NCBI GenBank assembly: GCA_963739455.1
Contig: CAVUAK010000001.1
Span: forward strand, 2,016,001-2,080,000
DNA: 64,000 nucleotides
Direction: 5' to 3'
DNA from: an uncultured Gemmatimonadales bacterium
GTDB lineage: Bacteria; Gemmatimonadota; Gemmatimonadetes; Gemmatimonadales; GWC2-71-9
How positions within the stretch are numbered: the stretch's first letter is position 1; every line of letters starts with the position of its first letter. Shown here piece by piece: positions 55,102 to 64,000 of this stretch. Under the pieces are notes generated by a model that worked only from the letters and a program-made list of their open reading frames with translations, ran no database searches and was not told the origin of the DNA. Position numbers and translations under genes: made by a program.

Positions 55102-55605
55102 ATGGCTGCTACCAGTTCCTTCGACATCTCGACCGGCGCCGACCTCCAGGAAGTGGACAATGCCGTCAACCAGACGGTGAAGGAGATCACCCAGCGATAT
55201 GACTTCAAGGGCACCAAGTGCACGGTCGACTTCGATCGCGAGAAGGCCGAGATCCGGCTGGCGGCCGACGACCAGTTCCGGATGGACGCCCTGGTGGACG
55301 TGCTGCAGACCAAGATGATCAAGCGCGGTGTCCCGGTGAAGAACCTCACGGTGGGCGATGTCGTGGCCGGCAGTGGTGAATCGGTGCGACGGACCGTGAC
55401 CCTGACCCAGGCCATTGCCACTGACATTGCCAAGAAGATCACCAAGGCCATCAAGGAGCAGGGGTTCAAGAAGGTCCAGTCGAGCATCCAGGGCGATGAG
55501 GTTCGGGTCTCGAGCCCGTCGCGCGATGAGCTCCAGCTGGTAATGGCGTTCCTGCGGGGCGAGGACTTCGGGATCGAGCTCAAGTTTGGCAATTACCGCG
55601 GCTAA
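55102..55605 (+). CDS. yajQ: YajQ family nucleotide-binding protein
   Basis: SFDIS...QEVDNAVNQ..KEI.QRYDFKG, IQGDEVRV, FGNYR. Confidence 0.93.
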   Translation: MAATSSFDISTGADLQEVDNAVNQTVKEITQRYDFKGTKCTVDFDREKAEIRLAADDQFRMDALVDVLQTKMIKRGVPVKNLTVGDVVAGSGESVRRTVTLTQAIATDIAKKITKAIKEQGFKKVQSSIQGDEVRVSSPSRDELQLVMAFLRGEDFGIELKFGNYRG

Positions 55606-56851
55606 GCGGCGGGTGCTCGTCGCGTCGCTGCTGCTCGCGGCCGCGGCGTGCATTCGTAGTGAAGTGTCGGTGCCGACCGCCCCGGCAGCGGACGGCAGCA
55701 CGGGGGCCGAGCCTTCGCTCCGGCTTGGTCTCGTAACGGGGGCTGCGTCGCTCGAGATCGGCGGCTCGGCCGGGATTACCGTCACCGGGGCCGACCGGGC
55801 CCTGGTGGCGCGACTGGCGCCGGGCATCATCGCGAAGGCGACACCGAAGCCTGGCAAGGTGCTCCTGAGCGGCGCTGGCCCCGGCTCCCGGGCAGAAGCG
55901 GCGACCCTGGTGTTGCGCGCGGAGCCCGGCGGGCTCGTACGAGTGAATGGGCGCGACTACCGGGGCGACGTCGTGCTTCTTCGCGACAACACCGGCCTGA
56001 CGGCGATCAACCGTGTGGGCATCGAGGACTATCTCGCCGGCGTGGTGAGCGCGGAGTCGGGCATCAAGGATCCGGCCGACGTCGAGGCGCTGCGCGCGCA
56101 GACAATTGTTGCCCGCACCTATGCGCTCAGGAATGTCGGCCGGCGTGAGGCCCTCGGGTTCGATCTCTACGCCAGCGTCGAGGACCAGGTCTATGGCGGC
56201 GTGGGCGCGGAGACGGCGCTGGGCCGTGAGGCGGTGGCGTTTACCAGGGGCCAGGTGGTCACCTATCAGGGCGAGCTGATCGACGCGTTCTATTCCTCCA
56301 CCTGCGGCGGGCGCACCTCGATCGGCACCGAGATTTTCAAGGGAGCCAACCGGCCCTACCTCCGTTCCATCGACGATGCACCGAGGGGTGGGCCGGCGTA
56401 CTGCAGCATCTCCCCGCGCTTCACGTGGCGTGAGGAGTGGAGTGGGGACGTGCTGCGGGCCACGCTGCGGAAGACCTTGCCGGTGGTGGCGCAGGTGCCC
56501 GGAGCCGAGGCGGAGGGGCTGCGGAGCCTCTCAGTGCATGGCCGTACTGTGTCGGGGCGGGTGGAGACACTCGACATCGTGCTGAAGCAGCGCACCGTAT
56601 CCGTGGCGGGCCCGCAGGTACGGCAGGTCCTCCGCCTGCCCGACGGCCAGCTCCTGAGGAGTGCGCTGTTCACGATGAACACGCAGACGAAGGGCGGGAA
56701 GGTGCATGGCATCGTCCTTGATGGCCATGGTTCGGGCCACGGAGTCGGGCTGTGCCAGTGGGGAGCCATCGGCCGGGCCCGTGCGGGGCAGAAGGCGTCG
56801 GAGATCATCACCGCGTATTACGCAGGAACCACGATCGTCCGGCGCTACTGA
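55586..56851 (+). CDS. SpoIID/LytB-domain lipoprotein
   Basis: YRG, EDYLAGVV.AE, ALRAQTIVARTYA, GHGVGLCQWGA. Confidence 0.9.
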   Translation: MAITAAKRRVLVASLLLAAAACIRSEVSVPTAPAADGSTGAEPSLRLGLVTGAASLEIGGSAGITVTGADRALVARLAPGIIAKATPKPGKVLLSGAGPGSRAEAATLVLRAEPGGLVRVNGRDYRGDVVLLRDNTGLTAINRVGIEDYLAGVVSAESGIKDPADVEALRAQTIVARTYALRNVGRREALGFDLYASVEDQVYGGVGAETALGREAVAFTRGQVVTYQGELIDAFYSSTCGGRTSIGTEIFKGANRPYLRSIDDAPRGGPAYCSISPRFTWREEWSGDVLRATLRKTLPVVAQVPGAEAEGLRSLSVHGRTVSGRVETLDIVLKQRTVSVAGPQVRQVLRLPDGQLLRSALFTMNTQTKGGKVHGIVLDGHGSGHGVGLCQWGAIGRARAGQKASEIITAYYAGTTIVRRY

Positions 56852-56881
56852 GCGCCGGACGAGACAGCAGGGGGTGAGGTC

Positions 56882-57893
56882 ATGAGCGATCCGCTTCGGC
56901 TCGCGATCATTGGCGCAGGCGCGGTGACACAGGTGGCACACCTGCCGGTGCTCAAGCGCACCAAGGGCGTGGAGGTGGTGGCACTCGCCGATCCCGGACC
57001 GTCCCAAGGCGCGGGCCCTGGCCGACCGGTTCGGCATTCCGGATGCGTTCGAGGGCATCGAACAGGTTCTCGACTACGAATCACTCGATGCGCTGGTGAT
57101 CTGCTCCCCGACCCACCTGCACGAGGGCCACATCCTCGCGGCCCTCGCCGCCAACCTGCACGTCTTCTGCGAGCGGCCACTGGCCATGAACGCGGCGTCC
57201 GCTACCCGGATCGTCAAGGCGGCCGAGAAGAAGAACAAGGTGGTCATGGTCGACATGAACCACCGTTACCGCCCGGACGCGCAACTGGTTCGCAGCTTTG
57301 TGCAGAGCGGCGAGCTCGGACAGGTCGACAGCGTTCGCGGCAGCTGGCACGTCTTCCGGCCGAGCCGGCAGCAGGCGCCCTGGCGCCAGCGACGCGACCA
57401 GTCGGGCGGCGGTGCCCTCCTGGATCTTGGCCTCGCGATGTTCGACCTGGGCCTGTGGCTCGCGGGCAACCCGACGCCGGTCCGTGTCAGCGCCACCTGG
57501 GAGAAGCCGTCCCGCGACCGCGGGGTGGAGCGCTCCGGCTCCGCGTTCGTCGTCTGCGAGAATGGCGCCTCCATCTTCTTCGACGTCACCTGGCATCACC
57601 TGGGCGAAGGCGAGCGCTTCGGCATGGGCCTGCGCGCGGAGCGTGGTGCCGCCTCGATCAATCCGCTCACGGTGTGGAAGGAACTGCATGGGGTGGCGAC
57701 GGATGTGTCACCCACGACATCGACCAGCCGGGAGAACGCGTGGCTCTCGTCGCACCGTGCCGAATGGGCCCACTTCCTTGCCGTTGTGGCGGGACGCGCG
57801 AAGGGAACCAACCTGGGCGAGCACGTCACGCTGCATCGCGTCATGGACGCGATCTACAAGTCGGCGGAAGACGGTCGCGACGTGGCGCTGTGA
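56882..57893 (+). CDS. Gfo/Idh/MocA oxidoreductase, frameshift near 57000
   Basis: AIIGAG, SPTHLH, HVFCERPLA, SGGGALLDLG. Confidence 0.88.
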
Positions 57894-59137
57894 GACTTCG
57901 ATGGGCCGGTGGGCTGTTGCTGCACCTCGCGCTCGCAGGGCAGGCGTCTCCGCAGGAAATTGTGCCCTCGTCGGTACCTGCCGCGGACACCGGGAGCGCG
58001 CTCGCGGCGAGTGTCCTTACCCTCGGGCGTGATGCCGAGGTGTGGGAGCTGTGGGGCCACAACACCATCGTGCTCGCCGATCGCGATGGGCGAACGAGCC
58101 GGTCCTACAACTGGGGACTCTTCGACTTCCGGCAGGAGAACTTCATCCTGCGATTTGCGCGCGGCCAGATGTGGTACTCGATGGGCGCGCATCCCACCAA
58201 TCGCGAGCTGGCCTACTACGCGTCACGCGACCGGACGATGGTGCTCCAGGACCTCGCGCTGACGCCGGCCCAGGCCGCAGCGCTGCAGGCCTTCCTCGAG
58301 TGGAATGACACGCCGGCCAACCGCGGCTACTTCTACAACTACTACCTCGACAACTGCTCTACCCGCGTCCGCGATGCGGTCGATCGCGCGGTGGGAGGGC
58401 AACTCAAGCCGCAGTTCGACACGCTGCCGTCGGGGCACACCTGGCGCTGGGAGACGCGGCGCATCCTCGGCTGGAACCTGCCGCTTTACGTAGTGATCAA
58501 CCTGGCGCTCGGCCAGCCGGTCGACAGGGACATGACGGCGTGGCAGGCGATGTTCCTCCCGCGCCGCGTGATGGAGTATTTCCGGACTGCCCACGTGACC
58601 TCTGCCTCCGGCCAGATACCATTGGTGCGCCGGGAGCAGGAACTGAATCGGAGTTCGCACTTCGTCGACCCCGAGGCACCCAGGGCAACCTGGATTCCGC
58701 TGCTCATGGCCGGTGTGCTGGGAGGCACGCTGTTCCTGCGGCTGGGAATGGCGGCGCGCCAGTCCATCAGGGCCCGTCGCTGGTTTGCGGTACTGGGGTG
58801 TACGTGGTCGTTCGGCGCGGGATTGCTGGGGTCCCTCCTGCTCGCCCTCTGGTTCCTGACGGATCATGTGACGTCCCGGAACAACGAGAACGTCCTGCTG
58901 CTCACCCCCCTTTCACTGCTGCTGGTGGTGCTGCTACCGCGCGCGCTGAAGGGAAGTGCCGGTGCGCTGCGCGCGGCGCGCAGGGTGGCCTCGGTGGTGG
59001 CCGGGCTGGCGCTGCTGGCGCTCCTGATCAAGGTCCTGCCGTGGTTCCGGCAGTACAACCTCGAGTTGATCGCGCTCATCCTGCCGGTGCACGCCGGGCT
59101 TCTGCGGGGACTCACGCGAGCCACCGAACCGGCCTGA
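57890..59137 (+). CDS. DUF4105 / Lnb-like membrane protein
   Basis: WGHN, YNWGLFDF, YFYNYYLDNCSTRVRD, MFLP, C-terminal TMs. Confidence 0.8.
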   Translation: MRLRWAGGLLLHLALAGQASPQEIVPSSVPAADTGSALAASVLTLGRDAEVWELWGHNTIVLADRDGRTSRSYNWGLFDFRQENFILRFARGQMWYSMGAHPTNRELAYYASRDRTMVLQDLALTPAQAAALQAFLEWNDTPANRGYFYNYYLDNCSTRVRDAVDRAVGGQLKPQFDTLPSGHTWRWETRRILGWNLPLYVVINLALGQPVDRDMTAWQAMFLPRRVMEYFRTAHVTSASGQIPLVRREQELNRSSHFVDPEAPRATWIPLLMAGVLGGTLFLRLGMAARQSIRARRWFAVLGCTWSFGAGLLGSLLLALWFLTDHVTSRNNENVLLLTPLSLLLVVLLPRALKGSAGALRAARRVASVVAGLALLALLIKVLPWFRQYNLELIALILPVHAGLLRGLTRATEPA

Positions 59138-59155
59138 CGCTTGTCACGGTAGTCA

Positions 59156-59821
59156 TCATTTCACGCGGGCCAGTGCGTCCTTCGCCTCGGGAAAGTCAGG
59201 CGCGCTCTGCAGGGCGCGCTCGTAGAGGCTGGCGGCTTTGGCCTTGTTCCCTGCATCCTCGGCCTGCAACCCGAGACTGAAGGCAATCACTGCGGCACCC
59301 GGTACGACCGCGGCACTCACGGGGGCTGGCGGAAGCTTCAACTCCTGCAGGATCCGCTGGGCGATCGTCTGGGTGATCAGGTAGATCTGGTCGCGGTCCT
59401 GCATCTTGGGGTCCTCGTTGGAAAACCCCTTGATGATCGCGCCGGTCTGCGCGTCCACGACGCGCGCGTTCAGCCGGAACTTCCCATAATAGTCGACGAA
59501 GTTGCCCATGATCACGTACCGGGCGCCGACCAGCTTCCCGATCTTCGCTGCCGTCGCGGCATCGATGCGATTCTTGCCGAGCTCCTGGCTGGAGATCGCG
59601 CCCGCGGTGGTGCTCCGTGGCGTGGCACTGCCGCCGGGACTCTGGCCCAGCTCGCTGGCGAGTATCTGCGCGATACCACCGCCCAGTGCGCTGAGGCTCT
59701 CCTGGTCCAGCCCGAAGGACTGCTGGCTCTCGAAGGGTACCACGGCAAAGCTGGACTGCTGGGCCGCCAGCGCGACGGGGCCGAGCGCAAGCGCGAGCAG
59801 GGCGAACGGCAGTCGTGTCAT
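59156..59821 (-). CDS. CsgG/FlgO-like exported protein with C-terminal TPR
   Basis: AAKIGKLVGARYVIMG, LNARVVDAQTG, YERALQSAPDF. Confidence 0.75.
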   Translation of the reverse strand: MTRLPFALLALALGPVALAAQQSSFAVVPFESQQSFGLDQESLSALGGGIAQILASELGQSPGGSATPRSTTAGAISSQELGKNRIDAATAAKIGKLVGARYVIMGNFVDYYGKFRLNARVVDAQTGAIIKGFSNEDPKMQDRDQIYLITQTIAQRILQELKLPPAPVSAAVVPGAAVIAFSLGLQAEDAGNKAKAASLYERALQSAPDFPEAKDALARVK

Positions 59822-59833
59822 GGTGACCCGGTG

Positions 59834-60685
59834 CTAGAGATGGAGGACAAGTCCGTCGCGCGCGGAAAGGACTTCGAGTCCCGGCGCGCGCTGAGCGGCG
59901 TGATCCCGGGCTGATGCGAGCATCGCGTCCACGGCATCGTCAGTACGGCCTGGATCGTGATGGAAGAGCACGAGCCGCGCCGCACCGGCCTCAGCGGCGA
60001 GGTCGACCGCCTCGGTGGCGGTGGAATGCCCCCAGCCGCGACGCTTCGGCAGCTCGCTGTCGAGGTACATCGTGTCATGCACGATGGTCCGGGCACCCGA
60101 CAGCCAGGCCCCGAGCTGGTCGCGCCAGGAGGTGGAGAAATGGTGTCCCGGGCCAAGCTCGTTGTCGGTGACATACGCGAAGGCGCCCATGCCGGGACGC
60201 TCCATCCGGTACCCGAAGGTCACGCCAGGATGATTCAGCCGAAAGGGCCGTACGGCATACCCTGGCAGGTCGAACGGCTCTGCTGCCGTCTCACGCACCC
60301 GTGGCGGCTCCGCGAACTGGGCGAAAGGGACGGGGAACACATCCGCCTCCATCTGGCGCTCGAGTACTGAGGCGAGTGATGAATGTTCGGGGCGCGGGCC
60401 CACGATGGTGAGTGAAGTTCCCTGGTGCCAGAGCGGGGTGAAGAACGGCAACCCCTGGATGTGGTCCCAGTGCGTGTGGGTAATGAGCAACTGCCCACCT
60501 GTCAGGGGCCGGTTGCCGATCGACGCACCAAGGGCGCGAATGCCGGTGCCAGCATCAAGAATCGTGAGGGGCGCTCCCTCCGCCTCGAGCGCGAGGCACG
60601 GCGTGCTGCCGCCGGTGCGTACCGTGGCGGGGCCGGACACCGGGATGCTTCCCCGGGTGCCCCAGAAGGTGAGGGTGACGGTCAC
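59834..60685 (-). CDS. MBL-fold metallo-hydrolase
   Basis: WGTRGSIP, LDAGTG, THTHWDHIQG, WGHS, FHHDP. Confidence 0.92.
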   Translation of the reverse strand: MTVTLTFWGTRGSIPVSGPATVRTGGSTPCLALEAEGAPLTILDAGTGIRALGASIGNRPLTGGQLLITHTHWDHIQGLPFFTPLWHQGTSLTIVGPRPEHSSLASVLERQMEADVFPVPFAQFAEPPRVRETAAEPFDLPGYAVRPFRLNHPGVTFGYRMERPGMGAFAYVTDNELGPGHHFSTSWRDQLGAWLSGARTIVHDTMYLDSELPKRRGWGHSTATEAVDLAAEAGAARLVLFHHDPGRTDDAVDAMLASARDHAAQRAPGLEVLSARDGLVLHL

Positions 60686-60695
60686 GGCGCCGCCG

Positions 60696-61373
60696 CTAGA
60701 CCCGGCGCGCCGCTTGGGCGAGCGTCGCGCGGTCGCGCAGCAGGATTTCCTTCCGGCTCACGTCGATGACTTCATGCTCGACGAGGTTGCGCAGGGTGCG
60801 CGAGACGGTTTCGCGGCTCGCGCCGATCATCTGGGCAATGGTGTGATGCGTCAGGCGTCGGGTGATGCGGTCGCCGCCCTCCTCTGCCGCCATGGTCAGC
60901 AGCAGGCTCGCGACCCGGCCGTTGACGTCCAGGAGTACCAGGCGCCCGATCTGCTCGTCGGCGCGACGGAGGCGCCGCGAGAGTTCGCGCAGGAGCGCCA
61001 CGCTGACCCCGGGTGAGGTACGCAACTGCGCCTGGAAGTCCTCGCGCCGGAGGGCGAGCAGCCGGCTGTCCTCCATGGCGATGACGTGGGCAGACCGCGG
61101 CTCGTCGTCGAGCACGCTCATCTCGCCGAAGAAATCACCGCCCCGGAGCACCGACAGGATGACCTCGCGACCGTCCTCGGCGACCAGCACCACCTTGACC
61201 TGGCCATCCGCCACCACATAGAGGGCGTCGCCCGGGTCGTCGCGGAACACGATGACGGCGCCCTTCGGGTAGCGGCGCTCGCGGACCAGGCCGGCGAACG
61301 CCGCCAGGTCGGATTCGGCCAGGCCGCTGAACAGCGGGACGCGGCGCAGGATGTGGATGGCAGGAAGGTTCAC
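60696..61373 (-). CDS. Crp/Fnr regulator
   Basis: FFGEMS...PRSA, IAQMIGASRETVSR. Confidence 0.93.
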   Translation of the reverse strand: MNLPAIHILRRVPLFSGLAESDLAAFAGLVRERRYPKGAVIVFRDDPGDALYVVADGQVKVVLVAEDGREVILSVLRGGDFFGEMSVLDDEPRSAHVIAMEDSRLLALRREDFQAQLRTSPGVSVALLRELSRRLRRADEQIGRLVLLDVNGRVASLLLTMAAEEGGDRITRRLTHHTIAQMIGASRETVSRTLRNLVEHEVIDVSRKEILLRDRATLAQAARRV

Positions 61374-61567
61374 AGCGGGGTCCGGAGAATGGTCATGGAG
61401 GTTACCTGAGGTTGGAGGAGCAAGTCAAAGGGTTCGCCATGCCTGGCTTGCTCTCGGAGTCTTAGCTCGTTATACTCCAAGGCTTTACAAAACCACGCCC
61501 CACTCAAAATGGCGCCCGGTGATTACACCCGGTGCCTTGCAGGGGCCGCAGTCCAAGGAGAAGTCCC

Positions 61568-61813
61568 ATGAAGTCCGATCTGCATCCGATGTACAACACG
61601 CTCACCGTCATCTGTGCGTGCGGCAACTCCTTCGAAACGCGTTCGACGTCCTCGTCGATCCATGTCGAAGTGTGCTCCCAGTGCCACCCGTACTACACGG
61701 GCAAGCAGCGTCTTCTGGATACCGCCGGGCGAGTGGATCGCTTCCGCCGGAAGTACAACAAGCCGGCCGAGAAGGCTGCCGAACAGCCGGCCGACGCGGT
61801 CGCCAAGGTCTGA
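61568..61813 (+). CDS. rpmE: 50S ribosomal protein L31
   Basis: [27 protein letters not shown]. Confidence 0.96.
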   Translation: MKSDLHPMYNTLTVICACGNSFETRSTSSSIHVEVCSQCHPYYTGKQRLLDTAGRVDRFRRKYNKPAEKAAEQPADAVAKV

Positions 61814-61816
61814 TTC

Positions 61817-62875
61817 ATGGACGCACGACTCCGCGCCGCGCTCGCGCGGGCCGCGGAAGTCGCGCGTGAGTTGTCCGGTCCGGAGGTCGGCAGGGATACG
61901 GCGCGCCTCCAGGAACTGGGAAGGGAACACTCGAGACTCGAGCCGGTCGTGCGCACGCACGACCGGCTTGTGCGTCTTCAGGAGGAGCTCGCGCAAGCGC
62001 GTGAAATGGCATCGGAGCCCGACGCCGAGCTGGCCGCCATGGCACGCGCGGACGTGGACGACCTCGAGCCCAAGGTGGCGAAGCTGGAGGCGGAGATCGC
62101 CGAGCTGCTGGTACCGCGCGATCCCCTCGACGACCGTGATGCCATCCTGGAAATCCGCGCCGGCACCGGCGGTGATGAGGCGGGCATCTTTGCCGGCGAC
62201 CTGGTGCGGCTGTACCGGCGCTTCGCCGAGCGGCGGCGTCTTACGGTCGACCCGATCTCCGTCAGTGAAGGTGGCATGGGCGGGGTGAAGGAAGCGATCC
62301 TCGCCATCCGCGGACCCGATGCCTTCGGCCTGCTGCGCCGCGAGTCGGGTGTGCACCGGGTGCAGCGCGTGCCGGCGACGGAGACACAGGGCCGCATCCA
62401 CACCTCCGCGGCCACGGTGGCGGTGCTGCCCGAAGCCGAAGAGATCGACGTGCAGATCAACCCGCAGGACCTGCGGATCGACGTCTTCCGGTCGTCCGGC
62501 CCCGGGGGGCAGAGCGTGAACACCACCGACAGCGCGGTGCGCATCACGCACCTGCCCTCCGGCCTCGTCGTATCGCAGCAGGACCAGAAGTCCCAGTTGC
62601 AGAACAAGCTCAAGGCGATGGAAGTGCTGCGTGCCCGGCTGCTCGATCGCAAGATTGCGGAGCAGGAGGCTGCTCGGTCATCGGAGCGCAAGGCGATGGT
62701 CGGCACCGGCGACCGGTCGGCCAAGATCCGCACCTACAACTTTCCCCAGAGCCGCGTCACCGATCATCGCATCAACCTGTCGGTGCACAACCTGCCCGAT
62801 GTCATGGACGGGAAGATTGACGAGTTGATCGAGGCGCTTCGCCTGGCGAGCCGGGAGGAGCAGGGACGTGACTGA
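61817..62875 (+). CDS. prfA: Peptide chain release factor 1
   Basis: [31 protein letters not shown]. Confidence 0.97.
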   Translation: MDARLRAALARAAEVARELSGPEVGRDTARLQELGREHSRLEPVVRTHDRLVRLQEELAQAREMASEPDAELAAMARADVDDLEPKVAKLEAEIAELLVPRDPLDDRDAILEIRAGTGGDEAGIFAGDLVRLYRRFAERRRLTVDPISVSEGGMGGVKEAILAIRGPDAFGLLRRESGVHRVQRVPATETQGRIHTSAATVAVLPEAEEIDVQINPQDLRIDVFRSSGPGGQSVNTTDSAVRITHLPSGLVVSQQDQKSQLQNKLKAMEVLRARLLDRKIAEQEAARSSERKAMVGTGDRSAKIRTYNFPQSRVTDHRINLSVHNLPDVMDGKIDELIEALRLASREEQGRD

Positions 62876-63722
62876 GGCCGAGGTACTGCTGGGCGACCTC
62901 GTCGCCGATGCCGGCCGAATCCTCTCGGCGGGACGCATTCCCGAGGCGCGGCGGGAGGCACTGCGCCTCTGGTCCGACCTGGTGGAGGCGTCGCCCGCCG
63001 ATGCGATCCTTGGCCGGCGCACCCCGGTGTCGGCCGAGCAGGTTGCCGCGTTCCTGACCGCCGTCGAGCGACGGGCAGGCGGCGAGCCGCTGGCCTATGT
63101 TTCCGGCTGGGCGGGGTTCCGTCGCCTCACCCTGCAGGTGGACCGGCGCGTGCTCATTCCACGGCCGGAGACCGAGGGGCTGGTGGACCTGGTGCTGTCA
63201 CGCGGGCCGCGGGGTACCGTGGCGGACGCCTGTACTGGCAGCGGGTGCATCGCGCTGGGCCTGGCTGACGAGGGTCACTACGATCGCGTACTGGGCGTGG
63301 ACCTGAGCAGGGAGGCGCTCGCACTGGCGGCGAGCAACGTGCGCCGCAGCGGCCTGGCGGTGACGATGGTGCAGGGCGACCTCACGTCCCCCCTGGCCAC
63401 GGCATCGATCGACGTGCTCGTGGCGAACCCGCCGTACATCGCGGCCGCCGAGTATGCGGCACTCGACGCATCGGTGCGCGACTGGGAGCCGGCGATGGCG
63501 CTCGAGAGCGGTGCCGATGGCCTCGACGCGACGCGACGGCTGCTGGACGATGGCCGGCGCGTGGTATCGCCCGGCGGACTGATTGCGCTCGAAATCGATG
63601 CATCGCGCGCGGACGCGACGGCCCTGGTAGCCCGCGCGCATGGCTGGCAGCATGTCATGATCCACCACGACCTATTTGGCCGCGAGCGCTACCTGCTCGC
63701 GCAGAGGAGCGAGATCCCGTGA
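62868..63722 (+). CDS. prmC: Release factor Gln methyltransferase
   Basis: [21 protein letters not shown]. Confidence 0.95.
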   Translation: MTEAEVLLGDLVADAGRILSAGRIPEARREALRLWSDLVEASPADAILGRRTPVSAEQVAAFLTAVERRAGGEPLAYVSGWAGFRRLTLQVDRRVLIPRPETEGLVDLVLSRGPRGTVADACTGSGCIALGLADEGHYDRVLGVDLSREALALAASNVRRSGLAVTMVQGDLTSPLATASIDVLVANPPYIAAAEYAALDASVRDWEPAMALESGADGLDATRRLLDDGRRVVSPGGLIALEIDASRADATALVARAHGWQHVMIHHDLFGRERYLLAQRSEIP

Positions 63723-64000
63723 TTTCGGACAAGGCGCAGGAACTGGGACGTCTCATCGGCCAGTCGAGCGAGTACCAGGCGCTCCGGCGCTCGGAGCAGG
63801 ACCTCCGCGGCGACGTGGAGACCCAGCAGAAGCTGGATCGTATCTCGACCCTGGCGAAGCAGGTGGACGCCGTCATTGCGCAGGGGCAGATGCCCGACGA
63901 GGCCACGACGCTCGACTACGAGACGGCCGTCCGCGACCTCGAGACGAGCAGCATCGGGCAACGCTACGTCTCCGCGCGCGCCAATTTCGAGAAGCTCATG
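63719..64000 (+). CDS. YlbF-family regulator (partial)
   Basis: GTGA overlap; [21 protein letters not shown]. Confidence 0.7.
   Translation, partial: MISDKAQELGRLIGQSSEYQALRRSEQDLRGDVETQQKLDRISTLAKQVDAVIAQGQMPDEATTLDYETAVRDLETSSIGQRYVSARANFEKLM

Overview
High-GC bacterial chromosome segment. Gene content and intergenic palindromes look Gemmatimonadota-like (inference). Host genes include ppk1, mnmA/iscS, bshB1, a TolC-adaptor-ABC exporter with four MacB-type permeases, NtrY/NtrX-like regulators, ggt, tsaC, arfB, a sigma factor, metY-carbonic anhydrase-metX, yajQ and rpmE-prfA-prmC. Many host genes carry indel frameshifts that are most likely long-read assembly errors. The main feature is a ~16 kb lower-GC element inserted in comM/YifB (about 24991-40956), bounded by a 20-bp imperfect inverted repeat and led by a large serine recombinase. 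It has no recognisable capsid, portal, terminase or conjugation genes. It does encode an exonuclease-less family-A polymerase-like protein behind a non-coding region with a ~205-bp structured tandem repeat, four related C4 zinc fingers (one fused to HNH), and a 103-aa protein made of two copies of a T7-like scaffold C-terminal motif. Its cargo looks defensive (Schlafen/AlbA_2, GHKL-nuclease, DUF559-like). My best hypothesis is an undescribed integrative satellite of T7-like podophages. Separately, an unannotated Met/Cys-rich leader peptide with terminator and antiterminator lies upstream of metY. All protein calls come from motifs recognised by eye; no searches were run.
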